Origin: Clostridia bacterium
GTDB lineage: Bacteria > Bacillota > Clostridia > Oscillospirales > CAG-272
DNA length: 64,000 nucleotides
Assembly (NCBI GenBank): GCA_017398595.1
Contig: JAFQFR010000013.1
Span: 152-64,151 of the forward strand
Direction: 5' to 3'
Shown: positions 1 through 6,865 of the stretch, one piece after another
Layout: the number at the start of each line of letters is the position of its first letter
How positions within the stretch are numbered: the first letter of the stretch is position 1
Notes under the pieces: model-generated
What the model was told of the DNA's origin: nothing
The model's input: the letters and a program-made list of their open reading frames with translations, nothing else
The model's database searches: none
Made by a program: the position numbers and the translations under genes

Positions 1-160
1 ACACACTAGACTTTGCAAGCAAAATCGTGTGCCAACAGGGATGCTTCTCGCCCCTATTGGAAACCCAGAGCCAAGGGATTTCACCCCTCTGGATACCCCG
101 CATATTTTCCTCGAAAATGGTACCCAAACTGTAAAAATGCAGTTTGACACCTTTTCTCAG

Positions 161-217
161 AAAATACAAAACCGCTGTAATTTTCATCCCCGCAAGGATG
201 TAGATTACAGCGGTTTT
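161..217 (-). terminator. Rho-independent-type terminator downstream of the MATE gene
   Basis: 13-bp stem AAACCGCTGTAAT/ATTACAGCGGTTT (169-181/204-216) with a nested CATCC/GGATG hairpin. On the minus strand it is followed by TTTTGTATTTT, about 50 nt after the MATE stop. Confidence 0.6.
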
Positions 218-264
218 TATCGCTCGTTAATGATTATGCAACTTTGCAATAAGCATAATCATTT

Positions 265-1617
265 TCAACTGCGGACCATCTTACGATAGGCAGGAATGTA
301 CAGCGCAACTGCCAGCACCATGGATAGAACATCAACCACCGGCTGAGCCCACAGTAGCCCGTCCAGCCCAAGGAAAGATTCCAGAACAAACAGCATGGGG
401 ATGAACAAAATACCTTGACGGCTCAGATTGATGATCAACGAGGGCATTGCCGCACCCATTGCCTGCAGCGTGTTTGCAAAAACATGAAAAACACCAAACA
501 GGAAGCTGGTTGTCAAAAGGATACGGGAGAAGTGACAACCGAAATCAAATGCCGCCGGATCTGTCAAAACCAAATTAACAATCTGTTCCGTCAACAGATA
601 ACATACTCCAGTCATCACAACGCTGATGGACAACGCAAACACCAGAGAGAAGGTCAGAGCCTTCTTAAAACGATCCCACAGTTTTGCACCTACGCAATAT
701 CCAAGCAGCGGCTGAACACCCTGCCCAAGCCCAAGGCATATCATACCAGTGATCATGGTTACTTTGGATGCTACGCCCATACCTGCAACTGCCATACCGC
801 CATACGCCATCATTCTGCCGTTGAGAAGAATCTGAGAAGCGCTCATCATCAGCGGCCCAAGAGAAGCCGGAATGCCAATCGCCAACACATTTTTGCAGAT
901 ACCATCTTTTGCGGAGCAATCTTTCAGACGAATACTCAGCAGCGAAGTACCTTTTCTGTAGTACAGAAGGTAATACAGGGCAGACAGTACATTGCCAATC
1001 ACAGTGGAGATGGCGGCACCTGCAATCTCCCAACCCAGCCAGATAATCATGATGGGATTCAGCACCAGATCCACTAAATTGCCAATCAGTGTGCCTGTCA
1101 TGGAAACATTGGCCTGCCCTTCAGCACGCAGGATACCGGAGAAACAATTGGCAAGCAGAGCAAACGGTCCGCTGAAGCTAACGATCACCATATAAGTCTT
1201 TGCGTGTTCCCATACATTCTCATCGACGCCCATCAGCGTAAGCAGCTGATCCATAAACAGCAGAAACAGACAGGAAATAACAACGCCGATAACTACACAA
1301 CTCCACATACAGAAGGAAGACACCTTCTTGGCATATTCCGTATGGCCCTCACCCAGTGCACGGGCAATAACAGAGGAGCCACCCAAGCCAAAGATGGTAC
1401 CAATTGCCATGAACATCAAAAATACCGGGGTACACATGGCAACGGCGGCCACCTGCAGGTCATCGTGAACTTGACCGATGAAGAAAGTATCCGCAAGATT
1501 ATAGATCAGTGCCATCAGCATGGCAATCATAGCAGGAATGGCGTTTTTGAGTACCGCAGAGGATACTTTTCCGGAGCTGAAAAGCTCCAATTGTTTTTGT
1601 TCGATTTGTTCGTTCAT
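265..1617 (-). CDS. MATE family multidrug/toxin efflux transporter
   Basis: 450-aa polytopic membrane protein. The N-terminal LKNAIPAMIAMLMALIYNLADTFFIGQ motif is typical of MATE (NorM/DinF-like) proteins. AAAGGAAAA lies upstream of the ATG. Confidence 0.9.
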   Translation of the reverse strand: MNEQIEQKQLELFSSGKVSSAVLKNAIPAMIAMLMALIYNLADTFFIGQVHDDLQVAAVAMCTPVFLMFMAIGTIFGLGGSSVIARALGEGHTEYAKKVSSFCMWSCVVIGVVISCLFLLFMDQLLTLMGVDENVWEHAKTYMVIVSFSGPFALLANCFSGILRAEGQANVSMTGTLIGNLVDLVLNPIMIIWLGWEIAGAAISTVIGNVLSALYYLLYYRKGTSLLSIRLKDCSAKDGICKNVLAIGIPASLGPLMMSASQILLNGRMMAYGGMAVAGMGVASKVTMITGMICLGLGQGVQPLLGYCVGAKLWDRFKKALTFSLVFALSISVVMTGVCYLLTEQIVNLVLTDPAAFDFGCHFSRILLTTSFLFGVFHVFANTLQAMGAAMPSLIINLSRQGILFIPMLFVLESFLGLDGLLWAQPVVDVLSMVLAVALYIPAYRKMVRS

Positions 1618-1633
1618 TTTGTTTTCCTTTCTT

Positions 1634-1651
1634 TCAATAGCGTGCTATTGA
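1634..1651. promoter_or_regulatory. 18-bp perfect palindrome TCAATAGCGTGCTATTGA, copy 1 (candidate MarR operator upstream of the MATE gene)
   Basis: The arms TCAATAGC/GCTATTGA are exact reverse complements. The identical 18-mer recurs at 2161-2178. This copy sits 17 nt upstream of the MATE start codon. Confidence 0.65.
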
Positions 1652-1687
1652 TTCGCTCGTATGAAATGCCCGACCACATCGGGCATT

Positions 1688-2110
1688 TCATAGGTTTTCG
1701 CTTACTTTTTTCAGCAAAGCATTGAACAAGATTCGCTCCTCATCTGTCAGCGCAGACAATAACTGAGCTTCTGATTCCGTGGCATGGATCTGGGAGTCTG
1801 CAAAGCAGTCACGACCAGCGTTTGTGATTCTCACAATTTTGATTCGCTTATCTTCACCACTACCATATCCCTCCACAAACCCTTTTTGTTCAAGTCTGGA
1901 AATAATTCCGGCTGCGGTAGATTGCGCCACTTGAAGTTGTTTTTCCAGTTCTTTCAGAGGCATTTCTCCATCAAGGGTATTATCTAACTGATGTAAAACA
2001 CTCAACTGTGACATGGTTAACCCTTTTGCTTGAAGTGCATTGTTGCAGTTTCTTTGCAGTACATCACTGATATGCTTTATATAAGTACCGCATCGATTGT
2101 TTTGTCCCAT
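1688..2110 (-). CDS. MarR family transcriptional regulator
   Basis: 140 aa counted from the internal ATG at 2110, which is preceded by GGAGGGAG. The MarR winged-helix region reads LTMSQLSVLHQLDN...STAAGIISRLEQKGFV. The longer ORF in the track (to 2230) has an implausible N-terminus. Confidence 0.85.
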   Translation of the reverse strand: MGQNNRCGTYIKHISDVLQRNCNNALQAKGLTMSQLSVLHQLDNTLDGEMPLKELEKQLQVAQSTAAGIISRLEQKGFVEGYGSGEDKRIKIVRITNAGRDCFADSQIHATESEAQLLSALTDEERILFNALLKKVSENL

Positions 2111-2160
2111 CTGCTCCCTCCTTCTGATTTTTATTATTATAACATAAAATCCGTGTTTTT

Positions 2161-2178
2161 TCAATAGCGTGCTATTGA
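2161..2178. promoter_or_regulatory. 18-bp perfect palindrome TCAATAGCGTGCTATTGA, copy 2 (candidate MarR auto-operator)
   Basis: Identical to 1634-1651. Lies about 50 nt upstream of the MarR start. Confidence 0.65.
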
Positions 2179-2226
2179 AAATTCTGTAAATTTGCCCGTA
2201 GGATTTCTCCCACGGGCAGCGTGTGA

Positions 2227-2475
2227 TCAACTATCCAAAGGTTTGTATTCGGTTACGGTTTTCAAATAGGTTTCGGGATCGCCATTCAAGATAAGGTCTG
2301 CATACTCCAAAGGGACGTTGTAGATCAGATAGTCAAGCTCTGACCGTTCGTACATATTACGGGCAATCTCGTTCTCAACAGCAATGGTATCAATCGCAAT
2401 CATGCTGCCATCGGCAAATTTCAGCTCCACACAGCAGTTATCGAAGTTATATTCGCAGGAAATCAGCTTTTTCAT
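2227..2475 (-). CDS. Small hypothetical protein (82 aa)
   Basis: ATG at 2475 is preceded by GAAGGT, and the coding-like ORF starts MKKLISCEYNFDNCC.... No catalytic motif recognised. The region is AT-rich by eye. Confidence 0.5.
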   Translation of the reverse strand: MKKLISCEYNFDNCCVELKFADGSMIAIDTIAVENEIARNMYERSELDYLIYNVPLEYADLILNGDPETYLKTVTEYKPLDS

Positions 2476-2540
2476 AGGGTTTACCTTCAATATTATGTTG
2501 TTTGGAAGTAATGTAAGCGTGGGTTTTTAGTGTGGTATCT

Positions 2541-2681
2541 TTAAGTTTGGGAAACCCCGTTCTCCCATTTGGAAACCGCCTGCGCGGAGATGCCGATCTT
2601 TTCTGCGACCTGTTCCTGCGTCATGTTCAAATTTTTACGGTGATTTTTCAGCTTGTCGCCGAATGTTTTGGTATCCAACAT
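2541..2681 (-). pseudogene. Truncated XRE-family HTH (46 codons)
   Basis: My own translation of the minus strand gives MLDTKTFGDKLKNHRKNLNMTQEQVAEKIGISAQAVSKWENGVSQT followed by a stop. It matches the first three helices of Cro/C1-type HTH proteins (compare the 11205-12320 product) and stops where full-length relatives continue. It is below the 60-aa ORF-track cut-off. Confidence 0.45.
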
Positions 2682-2877
2682 AATGACTCTCCGGTATACG
2701 ATAGATTCGTGTAGCTACATCGTACTTTCAGTTTAGCATACGAAAAATCAACTGTAAATAGTAAGTTTGTTGAATATCCATCCTGGAATTCAACCGTAGG
2801 TTGTGATGCAGATGTGCTTTATATTGTGTTTTATCGAGATGTGTACCGCATAAAAGGTTATGGAATGATGTACTATA

Positions 2878-3122
2878 GGCTTCCCCCTTGGGGGAAGCTC
2901 CCGTGAAACGGGTGATGAGGGGTAGCCGCCGCAGCGGCGTTATTCATTTTATTACCCTGTGAATACATACGGATGCGCCTTCGCCGCATCCTACCCCTCA
3001 TCCGTCAAACGCTCCATAGCAAAGTGCATCGCCGCAGGCGAGGCAAGACGCGACAGAACCTATAGTTCCTATTTACGCTTTGCCGGAGTCGCGTTTGACA
3101 CCTTCCCCCAAGGGGGAAGGCT
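2878..3122. repeat. Block of nested GC-rich inverted repeats (REP-like or structured-RNA-like)
   Basis: Outer pair: CTTCCCCCTTGGGGGAAG (2880-2897) and its reverse complement CTTCCCCCAAGGGGGAAG (3102-3119). Inner pair GATGAGGGGTAG (2914-2925) / CTACCCCTCATC (2991-3002). Inner pair GTCAAACGC (3004-3012) / GCGTTTGAC (3091-3099). Several local hairpins are also present. Confidence 0.6.
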
Positions 3123-3194
3123 TATGAATTTCCTTTACATTCTCTTGGTTAAAAACGGCAAAGATGGCGGAGAATAGAAATATACATCCCACTC

Positions 3195-3223
3195 TTGACA
3201 AAATTTTTAAAATGTGATAACAT
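3195..3223 (+). promoter_or_regulatory. Sigma-A-type promoter of the GT8 operon
   Basis: TTGACA (3195-3200), 17-nt spacer, then TGaTAACAT as an extended -10 (3218-3223), about 55 nt upstream of the first GT8 start. Confidence 0.5.
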
Positions 3224-3279
3224 GGTTTTAAAAACAAGATAAAATAATTTATCAAACAAAATATTTTGGTTGCGAGAAT

Positions 3280-4122
3280 ATGAACATATTGTATTGCGGC
3301 GATAAAAACATCGGCGACGGCGTACTGCTTTCGGTGCTGTCGCTGACCAAACATGTGCAAGAGCCGCTGCACATTTATATTTTGACCATGCGGTATGCGG
3401 CAGGGGACAAAACTTACGAGTGCCTGCCGCGTTCCTTTGCAGACGCGCTCGATCGCCGCGTCAAGGCGCAAAACGTCGACAGCACGGTCACATGGATCGA
3501 CGCAAGCATGCTGTTTGCGGCACAGCCGCCGACGGCGAACCTCGGCACGCGCTTTACCCCCTGCTGTATGCTGCGGCTGTACGCCGATCAGATCGCCGCG
3601 CTGCCCGACCGCATCCTGTACCTCGACAATGACGTGCTCTGCCGCGCGGACATAACAGACTTTTACGCACAGGACATGGATGGCTGTGAGCTCTGCGGCG
3701 TGCTCGATCACTACGGCAAGTGGTTTTTCCAAAAGAACCTTTGTAAATTTGACTATCTCAACTCGGGCGTGCTGCTCCTGAACCTCGCCGAGATCCGTAA
3801 AACGGGGCTGTTTGCAAGATGCAGAGACCGCTGCGCGACAAAGCAGATGTTCATGCCCGACCAGTCGGCGCTCAACAAGTTAGCGGCAAGGAAAAAGACC
3901 GCGCCGCGCCGATACAATGAGCAGCGCAAGCTGCAAAAAGATACCGTTTTGCAGCATTTTACCACGAGCTTTCGCTTTTTGCCGTGGTTTCACGCCGTGT
4001 CGGTCAAGCCCTGGCAGATCGATCGCATGCACGGCGTGCTGAAACTGCACGAATATGACGGACTGCTTTCCGAGTACCTTTCGCTGAAAGCGGCATACGA
4101 AAAAGGAGACCACCATGGATAA
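3280..4122 (+). CDS. Glycosyltransferase family 8
   Basis: 280 aa. Shows the GT8 signatures LYLDNDVLC (DxD) and YLNSGVLLLNL. Confidence 0.85.
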   Translation: MNILYCGDKNIGDGVLLSVLSLTKHVQEPLHIYILTMRYAAGDKTYECLPRSFADALDRRVKAQNVDSTVTWIDASMLFAAQPPTANLGTRFTPCCMLRLYADQIAALPDRILYLDNDVLCRADITDFYAQDMDGCELCGVLDHYGKWFFQKNLCKFDYLNSGVLLLNLAEIRKTGLFARCRDRCATKQMFMPDQSALNKLAARKKTAPRRYNEQRKLQKDTVLQHFTTSFRFLPWFHAVSVKPWQIDRMHGVLKLHEYDGLLSEYLSLKAAYEKGDHHG

Positions 4123-5068
4123 GATCATTCCGATTTTCTTTACGATCGACGACAGCTATGCGCCCTTTTTAGCAACGGCACTGACCTCGGCGATCGACAA
4201 CTGTTCGGCGGAGCGGAACTACAAGGCGATCGTGCTGTACCGGGAGCTTTCCGAGGAGAACCGTGCGCGGCTGATAAGCCTTTCGACCGACAATTTCACC
4301 ATTGAATGCACGCCGATGCAGGCAGGGCTCGAGAGCATCACCGACCGCATGTCCAACCGTCTGCGCTGCGACTATTTCACGCTGACGATCTATTTTCGGC
4401 TGTTCATTCCAACAATGTTCCCCGAATTTGACAAAGGCATCTACATCGACAGCGACGTGGTGCTGCGCGGCGACCTTGCCGAGCTCTACGACATCGACAT
4501 CGGCGACAATTTGATCGGCGCGTGCGCCGACCGCTCGGTGGTAGAGGTGCCGCCGCTGGCAAGATACATGGAAAACGCCGTCGGCGTGGAGAAACACAGC
4601 TACATCAACTCGGGCGTGCTGCTGATGAACCTCAAAAAACTGCGCGAGGTCGAGCTTGACCGCCATTTTCTGACCCTGCTCAACACCTATCATTTTGACT
4701 GCATCGCCCCCGATCAGGATTATCTCAACGCGATCTGCAACGGCAAGATCCACTATCTCGACGCACGCTGGGACGCGATGCCGAACGAGGATCAGCCGCC
4801 GCTTTCGGATGCAAAGCTCATTCATTACAACCTGTTTTCCAAGCCGTGGTGCTATGACAACATCCAATACGGTGAATACTTTTGGCAGTACGCAAAAGAT
4901 TCGGGCTATCTTTCGGAGATCGAAGCATACAAGGCGGCGTACAGCGATGAGCAAAAGGCGTCCGATAAAAAGTGCCTGGCGTTGCTGATCGAGCGCGGCG
5001 ACAGCATCCCCGCGCAGGACGTCACCTTTAAGAAAATGTTGGAAAGCGGAGTGAAGATTCGGCTATGA
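4115..5068 (+). CDS. Glycosyltransferase family 8 (paralogue)
   Basis: 317 aa. Motifs IYIDSDVVL (DxD) and YINSGVLLMNLKKLRE. AAAGGAG RBS. Overlaps the previous gene by 8 nt. Confidence 0.85.
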   Translation: MDKIIPIFFTIDDSYAPFLATALTSAIDNCSAERNYKAIVLYRELSEENRARLISLSTDNFTIECTPMQAGLESITDRMSNRLRCDYFTLTIYFRLFIPTMFPEFDKGIYIDSDVVLRGDLAELYDIDIGDNLIGACADRSVVEVPPLARYMENAVGVEKHSYINSGVLLMNLKKLREVELDRHFLTLLNTYHFDCIAPDQDYLNAICNGKIHYLDARWDAMPNEDQPPLSDAKLIHYNLFSKPWCYDNIQYGEYFWQYAKDSGYLSEIEAYKAAYSDEQKASDKKCLALLIERGDSIPAQDVTFKKMLESGVKIRL

Positions 5069-5943
5069 TCATCGGCGAAAACAGAGAAGCGGTCATTGCA
5101 AACATCAAATCGGCGGCGGAAAGCGGCGATTTCCATGTCAAGGTGGAGCTCGGCGATCCCGTCCTTTCCGACGCGGAGAAAAACGAGATCGTACAGCGGT
5201 ATCTCGCGCGGCGAAAGACCGCCTCGTATCACACGAAGTCCTTCGTGGCGCGGCAGCTGGCAAACGCGGCGACCTATGCGCTCAACCGCGACACCGAGAT
5301 CGACGGCTTGGAAAAAGCTGCCGCGGTGCGCGGCGGCGCGATCCTCACCAGCAACCACTTCGGGCCCGTAGACAATACGGTGGTGCGGCACCTGACCAAA
5401 AAGCTCGGCAAAAAGCGCATCAACATCGTCAGCCAGGAGACCAATTTGGCGATGACCGGCGTGTTCGGCTTTTTGATGAACTACGCGGATATTATTCCCA
5501 TCACGGGAAATTTGCACTATATCCGCAGTGACTTTCCCGCCGTGCTCGAAGAACTGCTTACAAAAGAAGAATTCATCCTCATCTACCCCGAGCAGGAAAT
5601 GTGGTTCAACTACCGCAAGCCGCGTCCGCCCATGCCGGGTGCGTATCACTACGCGGCAAAGTTCGGCGTGCCGATCCTTTCCTGCTTTGTGGAGATGCGC
5701 GACAAGACAAAGACGGACACCGACGCATTCCTGCAGGTGCAGTATGTCATGCATGTGCTCGAAGTGCTCTATCCCGATCCCGAAAAGAGCGTGCGCGAGA
5801 ACACAGAAGCCATGCGCGCGCGGGACTACGCGCTGAAAAAAGCAGCCTATGAAGAAGCGTACGGCAAGCCGCTGACCTACACATTTGAGAACAGCGACAT
5901 TGCGGGATGGATCGCGGAGGGAGCCGATGAAAAAAGAGCCTGA
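5065..5943 (+). CDS. PlsC/LPLAT-family acyltransferase
   Basis: 292 aa with an NHFGPVD (HX4D) acyltransferase motif. ATGA start/stop overlap with the upstream GT8 gene. Confidence 0.75.
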   Translation: MIIGENREAVIANIKSAAESGDFHVKVELGDPVLSDAEKNEIVQRYLARRKTASYHTKSFVARQLANAATYALNRDTEIDGLEKAAAVRGGAILTSNHFGPVDNTVVRHLTKKLGKKRINIVSQETNLAMTGVFGFLMNYADIIPITGNLHYIRSDFPAVLEELLTKEEFILIYPEQEMWFNYRKPRPPMPGAYHYAAKFGVPILSCFVEMRDKTKTDTDAFLQVQYVMHVLEVLYPDPEKSVRENTEAMRARDYALKKAAYEEAYGKPLTYTFENSDIAGWIAEGADEKRA

Positions 5944-6703
5944 AACGCGGCAGTACCGCACCTTTACCGATGATTTTATCGAGGCGAAGGACCAAGACTA
6001 CGCCATCCCCGAGGGGTACAAGTGGGTGCGAACCTCGCTCGGCGCGCGGATCGCTTCGGCACTGCTCTACGGTGCGGCGGCGGTGTTTTCGAGCGTGTAT
6101 TGCCGCCTGTGCCTGCATATGCACATCGAAAACGCGCAGGTCTTGCGGCAGGCAAGGCAAAGCGGCGCGTTTATCTATGCCAACCATACGCAGCCGCTCG
6201 GCGATGTGTTTATTCCAGCGCTGGCAGCCCTGCCAAGGCGCGTGTATGTCGTGGTCAGCCCCGCTAATCTTTCGATCCCCGTGATCGGCAGGCTGCTGCC
6301 GTATCTCGGCGCACTGCCGCTGCCCGACAGTATGCAGGGCATGCGGGCATTTCACGCGGCGATGGAACAGCGGCTCGCGGAGAAAAAGTACATCGTTATC
6401 TACCCCGAAGCGCATGTGTGGGAGTATTACACGGGCATTCGCCCGTTTCCCGACGCGGCGTTTCGCTATCCCGTGAAGTTGGACAAGCCCGTGTATGCCG
6501 TGACCGTCACCTATCAAAAGCGGTGCCTTTGCAGAAAGCCGAAAATGGTCGTCTATGTAGACGGACCGTTTTACCCCGACAAAGCGCTGCCCCCGCGCGA
6601 CGCGGCAAAGGCGCTGCACGATACGGTCTATACCACGATGCAAGCGCGCAGTCGGAAAAGCAACTGCGCATATATTCGGTATGAAAAAATAGAAGAAGAA
6701 TGA
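5927..6703 (+). CDS. Putative acyltransferase (LPLAT-like)
   Basis: Start placed at ATG 5927 (MKKEPETRQY), which is preceded by GGAGGGAG. The ANHTQPLGD and VIYPE motifs resemble lysophospholipid acyltransferases, but the His-Asp spacing is HX5D rather than the canonical HX4D. Confidence 0.55.
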   Translation: MKKEPETRQYRTFTDDFIEAKDQDYAIPEGYKWVRTSLGARIASALLYGAAAVFSSVYCRLCLHMHIENAQVLRQARQSGAFIYANHTQPLGDVFIPALAALPRRVYVVVSPANLSIPVIGRLLPYLGALPLPDSMQGMRAFHAAMEQRLAEKKYIVIYPEAHVWEYYTGIRPFPDAAFRYPVKLDKPVYAVTVTYQKRCLCRKPKMVVYVDGPFYPDKALPPRDAAKALHDTVYTTMQARSRKSNCAYIRYEKIEEE

Positions 6704-6718
6704 ATCCTTTTCTTCCCC

Positions 6719-6748
6719 CGCCACGCCCGAACACGGGCGTGGCGTTTT
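6719..6748 (+). terminator. Rho-independent terminator of the GT8/acyltransferase operon
   Basis: 10-bp GC stem CGCCACGCCC/GGGCGTGGCG, 6-nt loop, then TTTT. Confidence 0.75.
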
Positions 6749-6865
6749 GCATCTTTACGGCTGCACGGTTTTCTGCTATAATTTTTACAAAACCGTGAAC
6801 CGCAGAAAGGTTTCTGCAACTAAAGGGGTGAAATCAAGCCCAAGGGGCAGAAAGGAGGTACCTCT

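Noticed and set aside
29-289. 86-aa plus-strand ORF at the window start. The region also contains GC-rich sequence CCCCTATTGGAAACCC...CACCCCTCTGGATACCCCGC, reminiscent of the REP-like junk elsewhere.
   Set aside because: The ORF runs through a terminator hairpin and overlaps the MATE 3' end, with no RBS or motif. The GC-rich stretch has no second copy or clear inverted partner in the window, so I could not support calling it a repeat.
2532-2714. 60-aa plus-strand ORF.
   Set aside because: It is the antisense frame of the XRE HTH stub, whose minus-strand translation gives a textbook Cro/C1 helix-turn-helix.
2913-2925. UGAUGAG next to a GAAAC tetraloop hairpin here, and CUGAUGAG at 61996-62003. 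Both resemble the hammerhead ribozyme core.
   Set aside because: The required order and spacing (CUGAUGA, stem II, GAAA, stem III, UH, stem I) cannot be drawn. At 2901-2920 only 3 nt separate GAAAC from UGAUGAG. At 61996 there is no complementary 3' strand before a GAAA.
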